Shown piece after piece: positions 42,724 through 45,041 of a DNA stretch of 45,041 nt. The position numbers and the translations under genes are program-made. The notes under the pieces were generated by a model that worked only from the letters and a program-made list of their open reading frames with translations, was not told the origin of the DNA and searched no databases. Each line of letters begins with the position of its first letter. Within the stretch, counting starts at the first letter, position 1. Origin of the DNA: a virus; IMG/VR virus record IMGVR_UViG_3300028578_000005, positions 1 through 45,041 of that record; one strand, given 5' to 3'.

Positions 42724-43197
42724 ATGACCACCGCCGCTGACACCACCCTCGGCGACTTCGAAGGCGACGCCGTCGAGTCCGTCGGCATCGAGATCCCCTC
42801 CGCCGCCGGCGGCCTGCGCGACGCCTTGGCGATCGACCCGATCGTCATGCACAAGGACGACGAGTCCATGGTGCTGCTGCGCTGCAAGGTCCAGAAGATC
42901 CGCCACGACCCCGTCAAGGACTCTGACGGGTGGCGGCGCGTCCACATCCTCGAGACGACCTCCGCGACGATCGTCGACGGCGACGTGTTCGAGGAGGCCC
43001 TCGCTGCGCAGGCCGAGCGCATCGAGAAGGCCAAGGCCGAGGAGCAGCGCCGCAAGGACGCCGAGGCCGGCCAGGGCCGCATCGATGACGCCGCGGTCGA
43101 CGCCGCACACGACGCCGGCGACCACGCCGGCGGGCTCGTCGTCGGCTGCTCCAAGTGCGAGGCCGAGAAGGCCGCAGTGGAGGCCGAGGACGCGTGA
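42724..43197 (+). CDS. Hypothetical protein (157 aa)
   Basis: ORF track. GAGGAGG upstream. Confidence 0.65.
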   Translation: MTTAADTTLGDFEGDAVESVGIEIPSAAGGLRDALAIDPIVMHKDDESMVLLRCKVQKIRHDPVKDSDGWRRVHILETTSATIVDGDVFEEALAAQAERIEKAKAEEQRRKDAEAGQGRIDDAAVDAAHDAGDHAGGLVVGCSKCEAEKAAVEAEDA

Positions 43198-43337
43198 CCC
43201 GGCAGGACCGGGTCGTCTACTGGATCGCCGGCGTCGCGTTCCTCGGCGCGCTCGTGCTGCTCGGCCTGCAGGGCCCGGAGCCCTGCCTCGACCCGCACAA
43301 CACCGCCTGCGCGGTGCCCTACCGAGAGGAGCCCTGA
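43194..43337 (+). CDS. Small membrane protein (47 aa)
   Basis: GTG 43194 (GTGA overlap) within ORF 43155..43337. VVYWIAGVAFLGALVLLGL. Confidence 0.45.
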   Translation: MTRQDRVVYWIAGVAFLGALVLLGLQGPEPCLDPHNTACAVPYREEP

Positions 43338-43780
43338 TGGGCACGACCCTGACCTACACCGAGCAGCTGATCGTCGAGGAGTGCCCGACGTGTGGCTGCA
43401 AGCACGGGATACCCGCCGGCCTCCGCCAGCGCGCGCTCGAGAACCCAGGGCCGCGCAACAAGCTCTACTGCCCGAGCGGCCACACGTGGTGGTTCACCGG
43501 CAAGAGCGACGCCGAGAAGCTCCAGGAGCAGCTCGACGCCACGGAGCGGAAGCTGGCGGCCGAACGGGCCCGTCGCGACCAGGCCGAGGCGGACGCCGAG
43601 CACGAGCGCCGCCGAGCCAACGGCTACAAGGGGGCCGCCGCCAAGACGAAGAAGCGCGCGGCCAAGGGCGTGTGCCCGGCGCCGGGCTGCAAGCGCTCGT
43701 TCGTCGACGTCGCCAAGCACGTCGCCACCTGCCACCCCGACCTCGAAGCTGCGCCTGTCGAGCCCGTCGGCGCTCCATGA
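43337..43780 (+). CDS. Zinc-ribbon / coiled-coil hypothetical protein
   Basis: ATG 43337 (TGATG overlap) within ORF 43085..43780. CPTCGC...CPSGH and CPAPGC....H....CH clusters. Confidence 0.6.
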   Translation: MGTTLTYTEQLIVEECPTCGCKHGIPAGLRQRALENPGPRNKLYCPSGHTWWFTGKSDAEKLQEQLDATERKLAAERARRDQAEADAEHERRRANGYKGAAAKTKKRAAKGVCPAPGCKRSFVDVAKHVATCHPDLEAAPVEPVGAP

Positions 43781-43947
43781 CCGTCGCGCACTGGGACCAC
43801 GACGGCGTCGGCGGGCACAGCCCGTCCGAGCGTCTGCCGTGCGGGCACCACAGCAGCGACGGGGAGTGCCGCGAGTGCGACGAGCTCGGCACCCCTGACC
43901 CGTGGGCCCTCGCCGGCGGCGACGAGCTCGAGGCGACCACCCCGTGA
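43777..43947 (+). CDS. Hypothetical protein (56 aa, Cys/His-rich)
   Basis: ATG 43777 (ATGA overlap) within ORF 43381..43947. Confidence 0.45.
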   Translation: MTVAHWDHDGVGGHSPSERLPCGHHSSDGECRECDELGTPDPWALAGGDELEATTP

Positions 43948-44087
43948 TCTCGACGCAGCCCGTGCACGACCCTCGGACCTGCCCGACCTGTGGGCCCATC
44001 ATCGCCAGCGAGGCCTACCGGCGCGGTCTCGAGCGCGCCGGCCGCATGGACATCCCCCTCGTGGTCGATCGGGAGCCCGTCCGGTGA
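43944..44087 (+). CDS. Hypothetical protein (47 aa)
   Basis: GTG 43944 (GTGA overlap) within ORF 43902..44087. Confidence 0.45.
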   Translation: MISTQPVHDPRTCPTCGPIIASEAYRRGLERAGRMDIPLVVDREPVR

Positions 44088-44563
44088 CCGTCATCGTCGA
44101 CTTCACTGCCATCGGCACCCCGCGTCCCCAGGGCTCGAAGCGGGCGTTCATCGCCAACGGCCGCGCCGTGATGACCGAGACCAACCAGGCCGGACACCGC
44201 GACTGGCGCGCCACCGTCCAGCAGGCCGCCATCGAGGCCATGGCCGGGCGGCCTCCTGTCGACGGGCCGATCGAGACGCTCGTGACGTTCGCTCTCCCGC
44301 GCCCCGGGTCGCACCCCAAGAGCAGGCGGACCTGGCCGGTCAAGCGCCCCGACTACGACAAGCTCGTCCGCGCCGTCAACGACTCGCTCACCCACGTGGT
44401 GTGGCGCGACGACTCGCAGATCGTCGACGCCCGCGTCCGCAAGGTGTGGGCCCACGTTGACGTCGCCATGGCCCCGGGTGTCCGCGTCGTGGTCCGCACC
44501 GCGGAGACCACCGAGGTCGCCTCGGCCGACGCCGGGCAGCTGCAGCTCGGAGTGAACGCGTGA
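44084..44563 (+). CDS. rusA: RusA-family Holliday junction resolvase
   Basis: ORF track. GTPRPQGSKR ... RPDYDKLVRAVNDSL ... WRDDSQIV. Confidence 0.8.
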   Translation: MTVIVDFTAIGTPRPQGSKRAFIANGRAVMTETNQAGHRDWRATVQQAAIEAMAGRPPVDGPIETLVTFALPRPGSHPKSRRTWPVKRPDYDKLVRAVNDSLTHVVWRDDSQIVDARVRKVWAHVDVAMAPGVRVVVRTAETTEVASADAGQLQLGVNA

Positions 44564-44712
44564 GCGCGCCCCGTCCCGTCCTGGCCCGGCTATGGCTGGG
44601 CTCGTTGTCGCTTGCGGTGACCGCTGGCGTGATGGGGCGCATCGCGATCGACCCGCCCTCGCCGTTCATCCTCGACCGACCCGAGGTCGAGATGCGCGAG
44701 GCACAGCGGTGA
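44560..44712 (+). CDS. Small hypothetical protein (50 aa)
   Basis: GTGA overlaps at both ends. Below the ORF-track cut-off. Confidence 0.4.
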   Translation: MSAPRPVLARLWLGSLSLAVTAGVMGRIAIDPPSPFILDRPEVEMREAQR

Positions 44713-45041
44713 GCGCGGCCGAGCACGACATGACCGACCGGCCAGCCGACGCCGCTGACCTGACGTGCCCCGAGTGTGGGTACGTCGCCGCCGCGCCACA
44801 GGGCCTGGGCGCGCATCGTCACTACCAGCACGGGGTCACGGGGGACATCAACTATGGACGACGGATCGCCGAGAAGCAGCGGGCGTACTACGAGGCCAAC
44901 AAGGACGAGATCGCCGAGAAGAAGCGGGCGTACTACGAGGCCAACAAGGACGAGATCGCCGAGAAGCAGCGGGCGTACCGCGAGGCCAACAAGGACGAGA
45001 TCGCCGAGAAGCAGCGGGCGTACTACGAGGCCAACAAGGAC
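44709..45041 (+). CDS. N-terminal part of C2H2 zinc-finger / 15-aa tandem-repeat protein (continues at 3..473)
   Basis: GTG 44709 (GTGA overlap). CPECG-x12-H-x4-H finger. The repeats start at 44865. The frame is open to the last base of the window and is in phase with frame 3 at the window start. Confidence 0.8.
   Translation, partial: MSAAEHDMTDRPADAADLTCPECGYVAAAPQGLGAHRHYQHGVTGDINYGRRIAEKQRAYYEANKDEIAEKKRAYYEANKDEIAEKQRAYREANKDEIAEKQRAYYEANKD
44865..45041 (+). repeat. 45-bp in-frame tandem repeat array (3.9 units, cut by window edge)
   Basis: Same unit as 1..233. Confidence 0.95.

Larger units (their letters stand above)
1..45041. mobile_element. Complete temperate phage / excised prophage genome, circularly permuted in this window
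   Basis: Full set of terminase, head, contractile tail, baseplate, lysis, integrase-attP, repressor and recombination genes. The last 29 nt (45013..45041) are identical to nt 1..29, and both ends lie in one in-frame tandem-repeat array. Confidence 0.8.

Overview
The window reads as one complete, circularly permuted genome (about 45 kb, very high GC) of a temperate, contractile-tailed phage or excised prophage from a high-GC actinobacterium. Both window ends fall inside the same 45-bp in-frame tandem-repeat array of a single gene. The contig is therefore most likely a circle opened inside that gene. On the + strand the order is: replication-type early genes (a WhiB-SF2 helicase-HA fusion, a 4-aa-repeat protein, a DnaB/RepA-like ATPase); a repeat-rich non-coding region (ori or pac candidate); small and large terminase plus a free WhiB; a Mu-like head module (portal, MuF, protease/scaffold, DUF2190-like, capsid); neck, sheath, tube, frameshifted chaperone and tape measure; hub and baseplate (D, V, W, J, I types) and fibres; an endolysin with six small membrane proteins; and a 950-aa fibre-like SGNH esterase. 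A minus-strand lysogeny block follows: small HTH, membrane protein, tyrosine integrase, tRNA-Val-like attP, ImmA-type protease and XRE repressor. A rightward early operon closes the circle: Cro-like, Xis-like, MerR-like, YqaJ exonuclease, RecT, DnaQ-like exonuclease, RusA and a Zn-finger repeat protein. The main sequence-level results are these. (1) Five identical TAGCCGGGGCCT-N16-CAnnnT modules sit in one orientation inside the virion block; three place a Shine-Dalgarno-less start codon at the predicted transcription start, suggesting a dedicated late-promoter class that needs a phage factor. (2) A second conserved element (GTCACACCCC...TAGCGT) sits immediately upstream of three minus-strand lysogeny genes. 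(3) A C2H2 zinc-finger protein carries about 8 near-identical 15-aa repeats that differ at only two residues. (4) An N-terminal WhiB-like domain is fused to an SF2 helicase with five HA repeats. (5) Two adjacent small genes show the coding signal jumping to the +1 frame. All product names come from motif recognition by eye; no searches, folding or statistics programs were run. Many long ORFs in the track are high-GC artefacts and were ignored.
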